Of a stretch of DNA of 64,000 nt, positions 49,395 through 61,255 are shown piece by piece (position 1 is the first letter of the stretch; every line of letters starts with the position of its first letter). The notes under the pieces were generated by a model that was not told where the DNA came from, made no database searches, and worked only from the letters and a program-made list of their open reading frames with translations. A program made the position numbers and the translations under genes. This stretch comes from Octopus sinensis (lineage: Eukaryota): positions 66,836,001-66,900,000 of the forward strand of contig NC_043002.1 of NCBI RefSeq assembly GCF_006345805.1, written 5' to 3'.

Positions 49395-50660
49395 AGGTGG
49401 TGAGCTGGCAGAGTTATTAGGTCGCCGGACAAAATGCTTAATGGCATTTCGTCCGTCTTTACGTTCTGAGTTCAAATGCGGTCGAGGTCGACTTTGCCTT
49501 TCATTCTTTCTGGGTCGATAAAATAAGCATCAGTCGAGCAACGGGGTCGAAGTAATCGACTTACCCCGCTCCCCCAAAATTGCTGGCTTTGTTCCAAATT
49601 TGAAACCAGTATTCAGGGTATCAGAGGGTGGCGAGATGGCAGAATCATTAGCATGACGGGAAAAATGCTCAACAACATACCGCCCATTTTTCCGTTCTGA
49701 GTTCAAAAGCCGCCAAGGGACCTTTGCCCTTTTATCCTTTCGAGGTCGATAAAATAAGTACCAGTTGAATTCTGGGGTTGATATAATCGACTTACTCCTT
49801 TTCTCGAAATTGTTGGCCTTGTGTAAAAGTTTAAAAAGTAATATTCTTTTCTACTCTTGGCACAAGGCCCAAAATTTTTGGGGAGGAGGCCCAGTCGATT
49901 AGATCCACCCCAGTACGCAACTGGTACTTAATTTATCGACCCCGAAAGGATGAAAGGCAAAGTCGGCTTCGGCGGAATTTGAACTCAGAACATAGCGGCA
50001 GACGAAATACTGCTAAGCATTTCGCCCGGCGTGCTAACGATTCTGCCAGCTCACCGTCCTTTTAAAAGCAATATTCTTTTCTACTCTAGGTACAAGGCCC
50101 GAAATTTTTGGGGAGTGGGCCCAGTCGATTAGATCGACCCCAGTGCGTAACTGGTACTTCTCGACTAATCGACCCCGAAATGGTGAAAGGCAAAGTCGAC
50201 CTCGGCGGAATTTGAACTCAGAACATAGCGGCAGACGAAATACTGCTAAGCATTTCGCCCGGCGTGCTAACGACTCTGCCAGTTCACCGTTCACCGTCCT
50301 TTTAAAAGCAATATTCTTTTCTTTTCTAGGTACAAGGCCCGAAATTTTGGGGGAGGGGGGCCCAGTCGATTAGATCGCCCCAGTACGCCCGGTGTGCTAA
50401 CGATTCTCCCAGCTCGCCGCCTTTTTAAAAGTAATATTCACGCCTTTAAGGGCAGCGAGCAGGCAGAATCGACAGCGCTTTGTATATGAAGCTTTGAGTT
50501 CTGAGTTCTTTAAGTTCTGAGTTCAAATCTCCCCAAGTTCAACTTTGCCTTTCATTCTTTTAAAGTCAATAAAACAAAATACCAGTGAAGAACTGGGTCA
50601 ATTTAATCAACTGACCCCGCTCTCACTTTGAAATTGCTGGTCTTGTGCCAAAATTAGAAA
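49395..50660. mobile_element. SINE-B cluster: three + copies and a - strand tandem triplet (49841-50425)
   Basis: Triplet units start at 49841, 50071 and 50311, each separated by TTAAAAG(C/T)AATATT. Confidence 0.88.
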
Positions 50661-51107
50661 GGAATATTTACGCTGTTTAGAGTTGTGATGAGGTAGTGAC
50701 AGATCAGCAGCAGTAGTAACAGCAACAGCAGACTGATTTGACGTCTTTAGTTACGCCCCTCTACTCTCTGAATTACTCGTCCCGCTGAGATCAATTTTGT
50801 TCTCTCATCGTTTTAGGGCGGAGGAAAGTAACTGAGAGCCTTGTACTGGAATCTAATAAATCGACGACACCCCACACCCCGGAAACTTGCTCTCTTGTTA
50901 TCAATAATGGAAATATACTAAGCTGCGAATAGATATCTAAACTCAAGCACACACACACACACACACACAATTATACACACACACATAGCAATGCAGTTGT
51001 ATATTTTTAGTGTTTGATGACCTATTATTATGTATGCACATGTATATATAACTGTTTCTATCAACACACGTATAGTAGACACAAACATACATACCTCAGC
51101 GCATGCG

Positions 51108-51921
51108 TGGCTGAGTGGTAAGAAGCTTGCTTCCCAACCACATGGGACCTTGAGCAAGTGTCTTCTACTATAGCCTCGAACCGACCAAAGCCTTGTGAGT
51201 GGACTCAGAACGTAAAGTCAGACGAAATACCTATTTCTTTACTACCCACAAGGGGCTAAACACAGAGGACAAACAAGGACTGACAAACGGATTAAGTCGA
51301 TTATATCGACCCCAGTGCGCAACTAGTACTTATTTAATCGACTCCGAAAGGATGAAAGGCAAAGTCGACCTCGGCGGAATTTGAACTCAGAACGTAGCGG
51401 CAGACGAAATACCTATTTCTTTACTACCCACAAGGGGCTAAACACAGAGGGGACAAACAAGGGCAGACAAACGGATTAAGTCGATCATATCGACCACAGT
51501 ACGTAACTGGTACTTATTTAATCGACCCCGAAAGGATGAAAGGCAAAGTCGACCTCGGCGGAATTTGAACTCAGAACGTAGCGGCAGACGAAATACCTAT
51601 TTCTTTACTACCCACAAGGGGCTAAACACAGAGAGGACAAACAAGGACAGACAAACGGATTAAGTCGATTATATCGACCCCAGTGCGCAACTAGTACTTA
51701 TTTAATCGACTCCGAAAGGATGAAAGGCAAAGTCGACCTCGGCAGAATTTGAACTCAGAACGTAGCGGCAGACGAAATACCTATTTCTTTACTACCCACA
51801 AGGGGCTAAACACAGAGGGGACAAACAAGGACAGACAAACGGATTAAGTCGATCATATCGACCACAGTACGTAACTGGTACTTATTTAATCGACCCCGAA
51901 AGGATGAAAGGCAAAGTCGAC
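51108..51921. mobile_element. SINE-A head fused to a 4-unit SINE-B (-) array, 182-184-bp period
   Basis: Units start at 51204, 51386, 51570 and 51754. Confidence 0.92.
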
Positions 51922-52189
51922 TGGCCCCCACTCCCCAAAAATTTCGAGCCTTGTGCCTGGAGCAGAAAAGGATATTCTCTGATGTTATGAATTAACAAGT
52001 TTTGCCAAACAATATTTGTGTATATAATATTTTTATTAAATTTCAAACCTTCATGATTGGGATGCTCGTGAAATAACTTGGGGTGATTTGAACTCAGAAC
52101 TTAATGCTTTGGTGCGAAATAACTATCGCATGTGATGAGCTGCGCTGCTTTTGAGTTTTTCTAAAATGATTCTTATTATAAAGACAAAC

Positions 52190-53170
52190 AAGATGGCGAG
52201 TTGGTCGAATCTTTAGCACTCCGGACAAAATGTTTAACGGCATGGCATTTCGTCTTCATGATCTGAATTTAAATTTCGCCGAGGTCGACGACAAAGTCTT
52301 TCATTCTTTCGCGGTGGATAAAATAAGTACCAGTTACACAATGAGGTCGATATAATCGACTTAACCCCCTCTCCCCCGAAGGTGCTGACTTTGTACCAAC
52401 ATTTGAAATCCTTATTAAGACATGTAGAAGGCAGCGAGCTGTTAGAATCGTTTTCATGTTCGATAAAAATGCATAGCTGTATTTTCTTCTGGTTTTATGT
52501 TTGGAGTTCAAATTTCACCGGAATCGACTTTGCTTGTTATCCATTCGGGGGTCAAAAAAATGAATACTAGTTGAGCACTGGAATCGATGTAACCGACTAC
52601 TATAGCCTCGAATGACCAAAGCCTTGTGAGTTGACTCAGAACGGAATGTAACCGACTACCTATTTCTTTACTACCCACAAGGGGATAAACACTGAGAGGA
52701 CAAACAAGGACAGACAAACGGATTAAGTCGATTATATCGACCCCAGTGCGTAACTGGTACTTATTTAATCGACCCCGAAAGGTTGAAAGGCAAAGTCGAC
52801 CTCGGCGGAATTTGAACTCACAACGCAACGGCAGATGAAATACCTATTTCTTTGCCACTCACAAGGGGCCAAACACAGAGAGGACAAACAAGGACGGACA
52901 AACGGATTAAGTCGATGATACCCCCCCCCAGTTCGTGACTGGTACTTAATTTATCGACCCTGAAAGGATGAAAGACAAAGTTGACCTCGGCGGAATTTGA
53001 ACTCAGAACGTAACGGCAGACGAAATACGGCTACGCATTTCGCCCGGCGTGCTAACGATTCTGCTAGCTCGCCGCCTTGAATTGATCTAACCGACAACCT
53101 TCTTTCCCACCAAAAAAATAAAAACAAAAGAAAAAAAAAATTCAAGCCTTGTACATATAGTAGGAAGAAT
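52190..53170. mobile_element. SINE-B cluster: two + copies, a 2-unit - array (52660-53077) and a tail fragment
   Basis: Consensus matches; array junction near 52840. Confidence 0.85.
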
Positions 53171-53605
53171 TATAAAGCGAAGTCGTTGATTGGCTAGCTC
53201 CCTCATGATCGGCAACAAAGAATAATTCTGAGAAAATTCTTTGTTTTGTCAACAGGAAATAACGGCGGGCACCGATTCAGTTGAGAAAGCATAACAAGCG
53301 TTAACCAACTGACCCAATACCAGCATACTTGACACATCTTTGCGAAGAGCACTGATTCATTTTGGACATCCGTTTCAGGCCGAACAATATGGTCAACAGC
53401 AGCTGTCACGTGATGTCTAGGAGGTTCTTGATTGGTTATAAATGACAAGACTTCTATGTGCTCACAATTATGTACTTACATACTTCTGACTTCAGGCAAT
53501 TTTTTGAGTGTATTACGAAAAATTTCGTGCATGTGTGCGCGCACGCACGGATACTTATACGTATGTAATGCATATAAGTTTGATGTGTGCGTGCGTGTTT
53601 GAGCG

Positions 53606-53692
<87 letters not shown>

Positions 53693-53695
<3 letters not shown>

Positions 53696-54020
53696 TTGTT
53701 TCAGTCTTTGACTGCGGCCGAGCTGGGGCACCGCCTTGAAATTTTATTTGCCGGTACTTATTTTTTTATAGTCTGGTACTTAATTTATCGATCTCTTTTG
53801 CCAAATCACTAAGTTGTGGGGACATATACACACTAGCACCGGTTGTCAAGCGGTGGTGGTAGGCAAATACAGACACAAAGGCACACACACATACACACAC
53901 ACACACATGACGGGCTTCTTTCAGTTTTTGTCTATCAAATCCACTCACAAGTCTTTTGACGGTCCAAAGGTGCCACACAGTGAGACTGAACCTTGAACCA
54001 CGAGGCTGGAACGGCAAACT
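53693..54020 (-). mobile_element. SINE-A, degenerate, followed by (TCTA)n to about 54240
   Basis: Consensus match. Confidence 0.8.
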
Positions 54021-54021
54021 A

Positions 54022-54093
<72 letters not shown>

Positions 54094-54175
54094 GTTCTAT
54101 CTATCTGTCGTTCTATCTATCTGTCGTTCTATCTATCTATCGTTCTATCTATCTGTCGTTCTATCTATCTGTCGT

Positions 54176-54232
<57 letters not shown>

Positions 54233-54329
54233 ATGTCTGCCTGTCTGTTTGTCTAGATGTAGTAGAAGTAGTAGTCTATGTATCTAGTAATAATAGTAGT
54301 AGTAGTAGTGGTACTAGTAGTAATAATAA

Positions 54330-54450
54330 TAAATGATAAACCAGATATTGTGCTCATCGATAAAGATGAAAAAGAGGTTAAGGTCATAGATGCTGCGACA
54401 TCTGTTGATTTGAAGGTGAAAGATAAAGAACTAGAAAAGATATCCATTGT
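54330..54450 (+). mobile_element. Dong/R4-type LINE fragment (restriction-like endonuclease motif)
   Basis: NKPDIVLIDKDEKEVKVIDAATSVDLKVKDKELEKI fits PD..D...K...K of RLE domains. Starts right after (TAA)n. Confidence 0.7.
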
Positions 54451-55288
54451 GCTACATGGTTTTGGGATGGGGTGCGCTTCATATATAATAAAAAATATGA
54501 GCTCATAGTTGTTCAGTTCTAATTTCGATGAATATTTAACTCGTAATTCAAGTGCTGAATGTCAGCACTTTGAGCACAAGGTGTCAAATATGAACACCAG
54601 ATCATTTAGCAATCAGCATTAAGGATCAGATCATCTGGTATCTGTTATCTCTAAGAGCCGTGCGATTTATTAAAAAGATGATTAAAGTTTCCATTTTATT
54701 TTTAAATGGCTATGTCAGAGTACCAACACAAGGAGTTTGGATGGAGGAATTATCAGAGGGTCAAATAAGATACCTTGCGTTATGTATTCCGGCTCTTTGC
54801 CTACTTATGTCCTTTTGTATACAATGTATCAAATCCGACGCCTTGTGGTTTGACGGCACTTTGTGTGAAAGAAATTAAATTTGACGCCTTGTGGTATCTA
54901 TTTCAGCGCTCTGTGAATGTCAGCACTTTGAGCACAAGGTGTCAAATACGACGCTTTGCGATCTGTAGTCCGGCTCGCGAAATTTTTTCCCACGCGAGTT
55001 CCGGACCACTGTAAAGTACTCATTTGCATACAGTCAATCAGAGCTCACCATTCCCTTGTCAAATTAACAAATGTTGGCATTCAGAATGGCGACCTCCGAT
55101 TACCACGCGAATCTTGTATTGTACTCTTTCAGATGCCAATATCATTGATACTGAACACAAACGCTTGTTAGCGGGAGGTTCAAATTACTATAGCAATCAA
55201 AGATAATGTTTTGGACGAGTATGAAAGTACGAAAACTGCTTGAAGGTTTTATAAATACACTGTTGTCAATATTCTGAAAATAACACCC

Positions 55289-55538
55289 GGATCTTTTCTT
55301 TTTGAAGGCCAGATTTTCCTAGTTAACTAAAAAATTTGAAACTTCGTATACTGGTAGAATGTGTCAAAAGAAAACATTATTGTAAACAAAATTGAAAACA
55401 AAATTGTAATTTGTAACTTAAACGTAGTTTAATTTTTACGAATTTTAACCAATGAAATACCAACATCTTCGAATATTAACCAATGAAATCCCAACATTGC
55501 TGCGTTATCGATATTGATAAAGAAATATAGCAGACGCA

Positions 55539-55570
<32 letters not shown>

Positions 55571-56356
55571 TTGCACAAGCACATAGTAATTAATATATAA
55601 GCGTACACACATACAAACGGACATATACATACACACACATACGCACACAAGCAAAAATACACGTTGTGTTTTGCCACTTGCCGCAACAAATTTGCACAGA
55701 AGGGGGGGGGGGTCAATGTTTCATCGTTTCGGGGTCGATAAATTAAGTACCAATTACGCACTGGTGTCGAGGATTTTTTTCCCAATTTATATCACAGCTT
55801 CCGACAAGCTGGGGGCATCCTTTTATGAAAAAATATTTCGCAAATTTTTACAATACGACTCACACTCCATGCGCAAACTCGAGACCGATTTAGGCATATT
55901 ATTGTTTTGTTTTTGTTGTTTCTGGCCCTTCAAAACCATGGGAGAAGCCTTTTCGGTAAAAAACAAATAAAGAAAATATTCAAAAAATATCGTTAATATT
56001 TTTATTGGGCGACGAAATTAATCGATTTAAGAGATATAGCTGTTATTTCTAGCACATGTAGAAGACAGAAGAAGAGGTAAATAATTTGAGCTGCGATTTC
56101 ATTGGTTAAAATTCTTAAAATTAAACTACGTTTAAGTTACGAATTACAATTTTGCTTTCAATTTTGTTTACAATAATGTTTTCTTTTGACACATTCTACC
56201 AGTATACGAAGTTTCAAATTGTTTAGTTAACTAGGAAAATCTGACCTTGTACATATAGTAGGAAGAATTATAAAGCGAAGTCGTTGATTGGCTAGCTCCA
56301 GTATAAAATCTGGCCTTGTTAACTAGGAAAATCTGGCCTTCAAAAAGAAAAGATCC
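55289..56356. mobile_element. MITE with ~170-bp TIRs and a perfect 8-bp TSD (MULE/Merlin-like)
   Basis: GGATCTTTTCTTTTTGAAGGCCAG ... CTGGCCTTCAAAAAGAAAAGATCC. TSD TAACACCC at 55281-55288 and 56357-56364. Confidence 0.85.
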
Positions 56357-57235
56357 TAACACCCCCGCCGAGATCGACTTTGCATTTCATCCTTTCGGGG
56401 TCAATAAATTTAAGTACCAGTTGCGCACTGGAGTCGATCTAATCGACTGGCCCCTCCCCCAAAATTCCGGGCCTTGTGTAGGAAAAAATATTTGTAAACA
56501 ACGTGTTATGTCTCTGGTAATTTTATTTCATGTAAATAAATCTTATTTAGCTGTTATTTTTAGCACACCTTACAACCACCAATGTTTAATGCAAATGCGA
56601 TAAACAACACGTTACATGCGATAAACACATTAAAATTTTTAACAGGAAGATTTAGAATTAGTTCTCCGGTAATTTTTTTCATGTAAATAAATGTTTATGT
56701 TAATTTAAAAGAGAAAAACAGTTAGTTTTAAATCTGAGCGTGATGTTGGCAATAACCTTAAATTTAAAAGATTTACCCCACAAATCTTATTTAGCTGTTA
56801 TTTTTAGCACACGTCACAACCATCTCAATGCTAGTGACAAAAAGAAACAAACATTAACCTAGACGGAGAAGTTGCTGTCTGCCAGTAGAGAGAGAAAGAG
56901 TAAAGAATGCACGGTACTGACTAGAAAGGATAAAGGTGGCTCTGCTCTGGTTGGCTATATTCAATTAAGTTCATTACTGACGGCCCTTTGTGTACTGGGT
57001 ATCAAATAAATTATCCTGCAGTACCTGTTCCGGCTCTTTGTGAAATAACAGCAATGCTTGCGGTAACACTGTTAGTTAGTCTCTATCGGTCTAAGTCGGC
57101 GACGTTTTCTTTTGGATAACTTCAGTGGCTTGGACAGAAGAAGACTTGCATGCATGGGCAACAGATAGTCTTCCACACACACATACACACGCACACAGAC
57201 ACCATCTCCACACACTTAAGAGCAGCAGCCATTAC

Positions 57236-57325
57236 CTTGTAGCGCTCATTCGAATCCGAACCGCCAGGTGGCCGAGTATACATCATGATCAAAACCACAG
57301 TAATGATGATCAAACCATTATGCAT
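57236..57325 (-). CDS. candidate first coding exon of a secreted or membrane protein
   Basis: MHNGLIIITVVLIMMYTRPPGGSDSNERYK: n/h/c signal-peptide layout, in-frame stop just before ATG, phase-0 donor AAG|gtaatg, unique CpG-rich surroundings. Confidence 0.45.
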
Positions 57326-57909
57326 TCAGTCAGCGGCAAGCCATCACGTGATTCAATTTTCTAGAACTTTATCTTTAGACCCTATAAAACGGCGGTTTTT
57401 GGCGGTAATCGCAAAATGTTGAGACAGCCGCACGTCGTCTCCATTCTCATCACCACCCAGCCGATTAAGACAGCAGATAGCAGACAGGAATTTCCGTCGC
57501 CCCGAACATAGCGCAATTATTTTCGAGTTGTAATGGACCAGCCACAGATTTCTATATCAGTTAAGTTGTAAACCCCAAGCTCTATGTCCCTTTCTGCATG
57601 TAATTACTGATGTTAGTTTTTGTAAAAGACCATAACGGTTAAAACTATGTGCAGTAATAAAGTGTTCTCTTAATTGTTCGCCGATGTTGCTAGTCACTTC
57701 TCGCAGCCCAAGAAATACATTGTCATTCACTACCGCGAGACTTGCAACAGCAACTACCACTGCAACCAAACACGCAACAACTATTTACAAGGATTTCGTG
57801 ACCGGTGGATGGATGAGAGATAGTTACTCTTAGACTGAAGCTTAACGCCGAATTCCTGCCTTGTTGTGGACCCCACTTCAAGTAATCAAGGGCCCAGTGG
57901 TAAAATCAG

Positions 57910-58115
57910 TTTCAAACTCAGGCACAAGGCCAGTAATTTTGAGGGAGGGGTTAAGTCGATTATATCGACCCCAGTAATCACGTGGTACTTATTTTATCGA
58001 CCCCAAAAGGATTAAAGGCGATGTCGACCTCTATGGAATTTAAACTCAGAACGTAAAAACCCGACGAAATGCCGCAAAACATTTTGTCCGGCGTGCTAAT
58101 GGTTTTGCCAGCTTG
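57910..58115 (-). mobile_element. SINE-B
   Basis: Consensus match, tail-3. Confidence 0.8.
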
Positions 58116-58396
58116 CAGCCTTACCCAGTGGTACTATTAAACCATTTACACACTATGTCTACCATACAAGAACAATCAGGATTCAACACAGTTTCTGTCT
58201 ACACAATTTCAGTTTCAGGGCTTTGGTTAAACCAAGGTTTATGGGAGAATCACATATCAAGGTGCCGAGCTTTGGGATCGAACCGGGTACCATTTAGTTG
58301 TGATGTAACCTTCTTAAGCACACCACCATGTCTGCAACAATGGAACCGTAATCAACACCACGAATTTGAGACGTAATTAACAGCAAGTAATCTTTA

Positions 58397-58485
58397 TTAA
58401 ACACTAGTTTTTAAGAGTCCTTCAGTGACATATATCAAAGCTAGAGCGGACCCCGCTGTTACAGCTAGTCTGGAATATAGGGGAG
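58397..58485 (-). CDS. candidate terminal coding exon of a gene lying to the right
   Basis: Acceptor (t)9ctttttgatag|, xPLYSRLAVTAGSALALIYVTEGLLKTSV*, AATAAA overlapping the stop codon. Confidence 0.2.
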
Positions 58486-58599
58486 CTATCAAAAAGAAAA
58501 AAAAAAGCGTACAAATATATAACAAATTAAACAAAAGTCTGTGAGCAGAATAAAATCCCGTCACCTCCTTGTTGATGTTGAACAAATGTTATGTAATAC

Positions 58600-59310
<711 letters not shown>

Positions 59311-59956
59311 TATATTACATTAAGGGTGAGTGATTAGTCATTTCCCGTTATTCTATTAATTTCCCATAGAGTTCCCCCCTTTTTTTATGTTGTTCTATTA
59401 CCATTAACCCCAACCCAGCCGCTCTCATAATGAAATCACTTGAAACAGTTCTTCATTAAACAACATATCTGACACTTGTTCATCATGCTATTGTTTGCTG
59501 TCATTTTTTGTTCTTTTTGTTTCTCTTTTCTTTACAATACACTGAGCATGCGCGCACGTTCTTAAATTTTGTTTATTACTACTTAATAGGATGAATACAA
59601 CTTCAGTATAACGACAGCATTCGTCGTATTCGTCCTTCTCCTCCTCCTGCACCCCTTCTTCTTCTTCTTCAACATCGTCGTCGTCATCATCACCATCATC
59701 ACCACAATCTACGGCGACAATATCAATGTTGTGTGATCCCTCGAGAGACTCACTACATGCTTGTTAGACCTGCTAGACTTCGCAGCGAAATCTCCCTCAA
59801 ATTGTACAACCTGTCGTCTTAACTACAGGACAAATACATCGAACAATATAGTCACTAAATAATCGACAAGACGTGCTTGCCGTGGCTGGAACACCTTTGA
59901 AAATAAGTCTGCACGATCAGAGTAGGACTGGGACTCAACAACAACATATCAATGAT

Positions 59957-60003
59957 CATGAAACTTAATCTCGGGGCTGGTGGTTCGATCCCTCCTTTGG
60001 GCG
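59957..60003 (+). pseudogene. tRNA-Lys(CTT)-derived fragment, 5' third missing
   Basis: CATGAAACTTAATCTCGGGGCTGGTGGTTCGATCCCTCCTTTGGGCG aligns to the anticodon-to-3' part of tRNA-Lys-CTT. Confidence 0.6.
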
Positions 60004-60070
60004 AATGTATTTCCTTTTTCGAGAGCTGTGGATGAGTAGCGTTAGAGAACACATAGTATTTATTCTATTG

Positions 60071-60399
60071 CAGAGGTTCTAAACCATTCTTTTGGCCTAT
60101 GGACCACTTTGGTTGCTATTCTATTCTGGTGAGCACCCATAGCTATTCGATGTTTATGGCGACTTCTTTCAAAATTCCTATTTTGTTTTTCACATATTCA
60201 CTTGTGCCGGTTGAACAATGTAAAATGCTAGAAAAAGAAACCAAACTCTTTCTAGTAATAAATACATTGAAATCGAATTTTTTTCATAGACCCTTAAAAT
60301 ACTGCTGTGGATCCCCAATTTACTGTTTTGCGTGTGTGGACCTCCAAAAGTCATTCATGGACCCCCAGGGGTCATATTGACTCCAGTTGAGAACCACTG
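60071..60399 (-). mobile_element. hAT MITE (15285 family, inverted)
   Basis: CAGAGGTTCTAAAC ... GTTGAGAACCACTG. TSD TTCTATTG/TTCTGGTG. Confidence 0.8.
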
Positions 60400-60409
60400 T
60401 TCTGGTGCT

Positions 60410-60904
60410 TGACTTTCTGAGTTCAAATTCTGCTGATGTCAAAATCGGCCTTTCATCCCTCCGAGGGTCGATAGAATTAGGTACCAGTTATAAGGGAGTT
60501 AGTCAATGACTAATCCCGATTCCATATCTCAGGACTTGTCTACGAGAAACGATGGCAAGAATCGGTAGGGCATCGGAAAAATTACCTTGTATTTCCCTCG
60601 TCCTTTAAGTCTCTTTTGTTCTTATTCCTCTGATGTCGCTAAAGTAGCTTTCCAGTCATAAGTGGGGATTAGTTAATGATATTGACTTGACAAACCACTT
60701 TCCCAGATTCCAAACCTTGTGTCTACAATACAATGCATAGCAGAATTTCGCCCGTTGTTACATTCTGGGTTCAAATTCTGCCGAGGTCGACTTTACCTTT
60801 CATCCTTTAAGGGTCGATAAATTAAGTACCAGTGAAACACTGGGGTTGATGTGATTGACGAGTCCTCTCCTCCAAAATGTCAGACCATGTGCCTATAGTA
60901 GAAA

Positions 60905-60905
<1 letters not shown>
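60410..60905 (+). mobile_element. two degenerate SINE-B copies, the second ending in (ATT)n
   Basis: Consensus matches. Confidence 0.75.
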
Positions 60906-60942
<37 letters not shown>

Positions 60943-60944
<2 letters not shown>

Positions 60945-61199
60945 TAGTTTTATTTTTATAACGTGCTTTCGCTTCACTATCAAACACAGCTCTGTGTGTC
61001 TTGGGTATGTGCTATGGTTTGCTGTGATGCTCTTATGGTTACTGTATTGAAAGTGTTTTGTGTAAGATGTGTGCAGTGCCCAGTAGTGCAATTTTATGTT
61101 TGTAGCATATATTTGTAAGTCCTGGTATTTTTATGTATTTGTCTGAATATTTTTTATCATACCTAATGCACCCACTATGATAGGAATTGTTTCTGTTAT
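60943..61199 (-). mobile_element. Dong/R4-type LINE 3' end inside (TAA)n
   Basis: TETIPIIVGALGMIK...IALLGTAHILHKTL* followed by a UTR. (TAT)n on both sides. Confidence 0.8.
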
Positions 61200-61210
61200 T
61201 ATTATTATTA

Positions 61211-61254
<44 letters not shown>

Positions 61255-61255
<1 letters not shown>

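Noticed and set aside
51204-51921. Regularly spaced repeats as a CRISPR array
   Set aside because: Whole 182-184-bp units repeat with no unique spacers, they are SINE-derived, and there are no cas genes in a eukaryotic context.
55015-55200. Octamer ATTTGCAT as an snRNA promoter
   Set aside because: No U1/U2/U4/U5/U6/U7-like sequence nearby.
57261-57272. CTCF-like CCGCCAGGTGGC
   Set aside because: Single motif match inside the candidate coding exon; expected by chance in 64 kb.
59957-60003. Functional tRNA genes (here, at 27157, and the SINE heads)
   Set aside because: The acceptor stem and D arm are missing or unpaired; these are pseudogene or SINE-derived.
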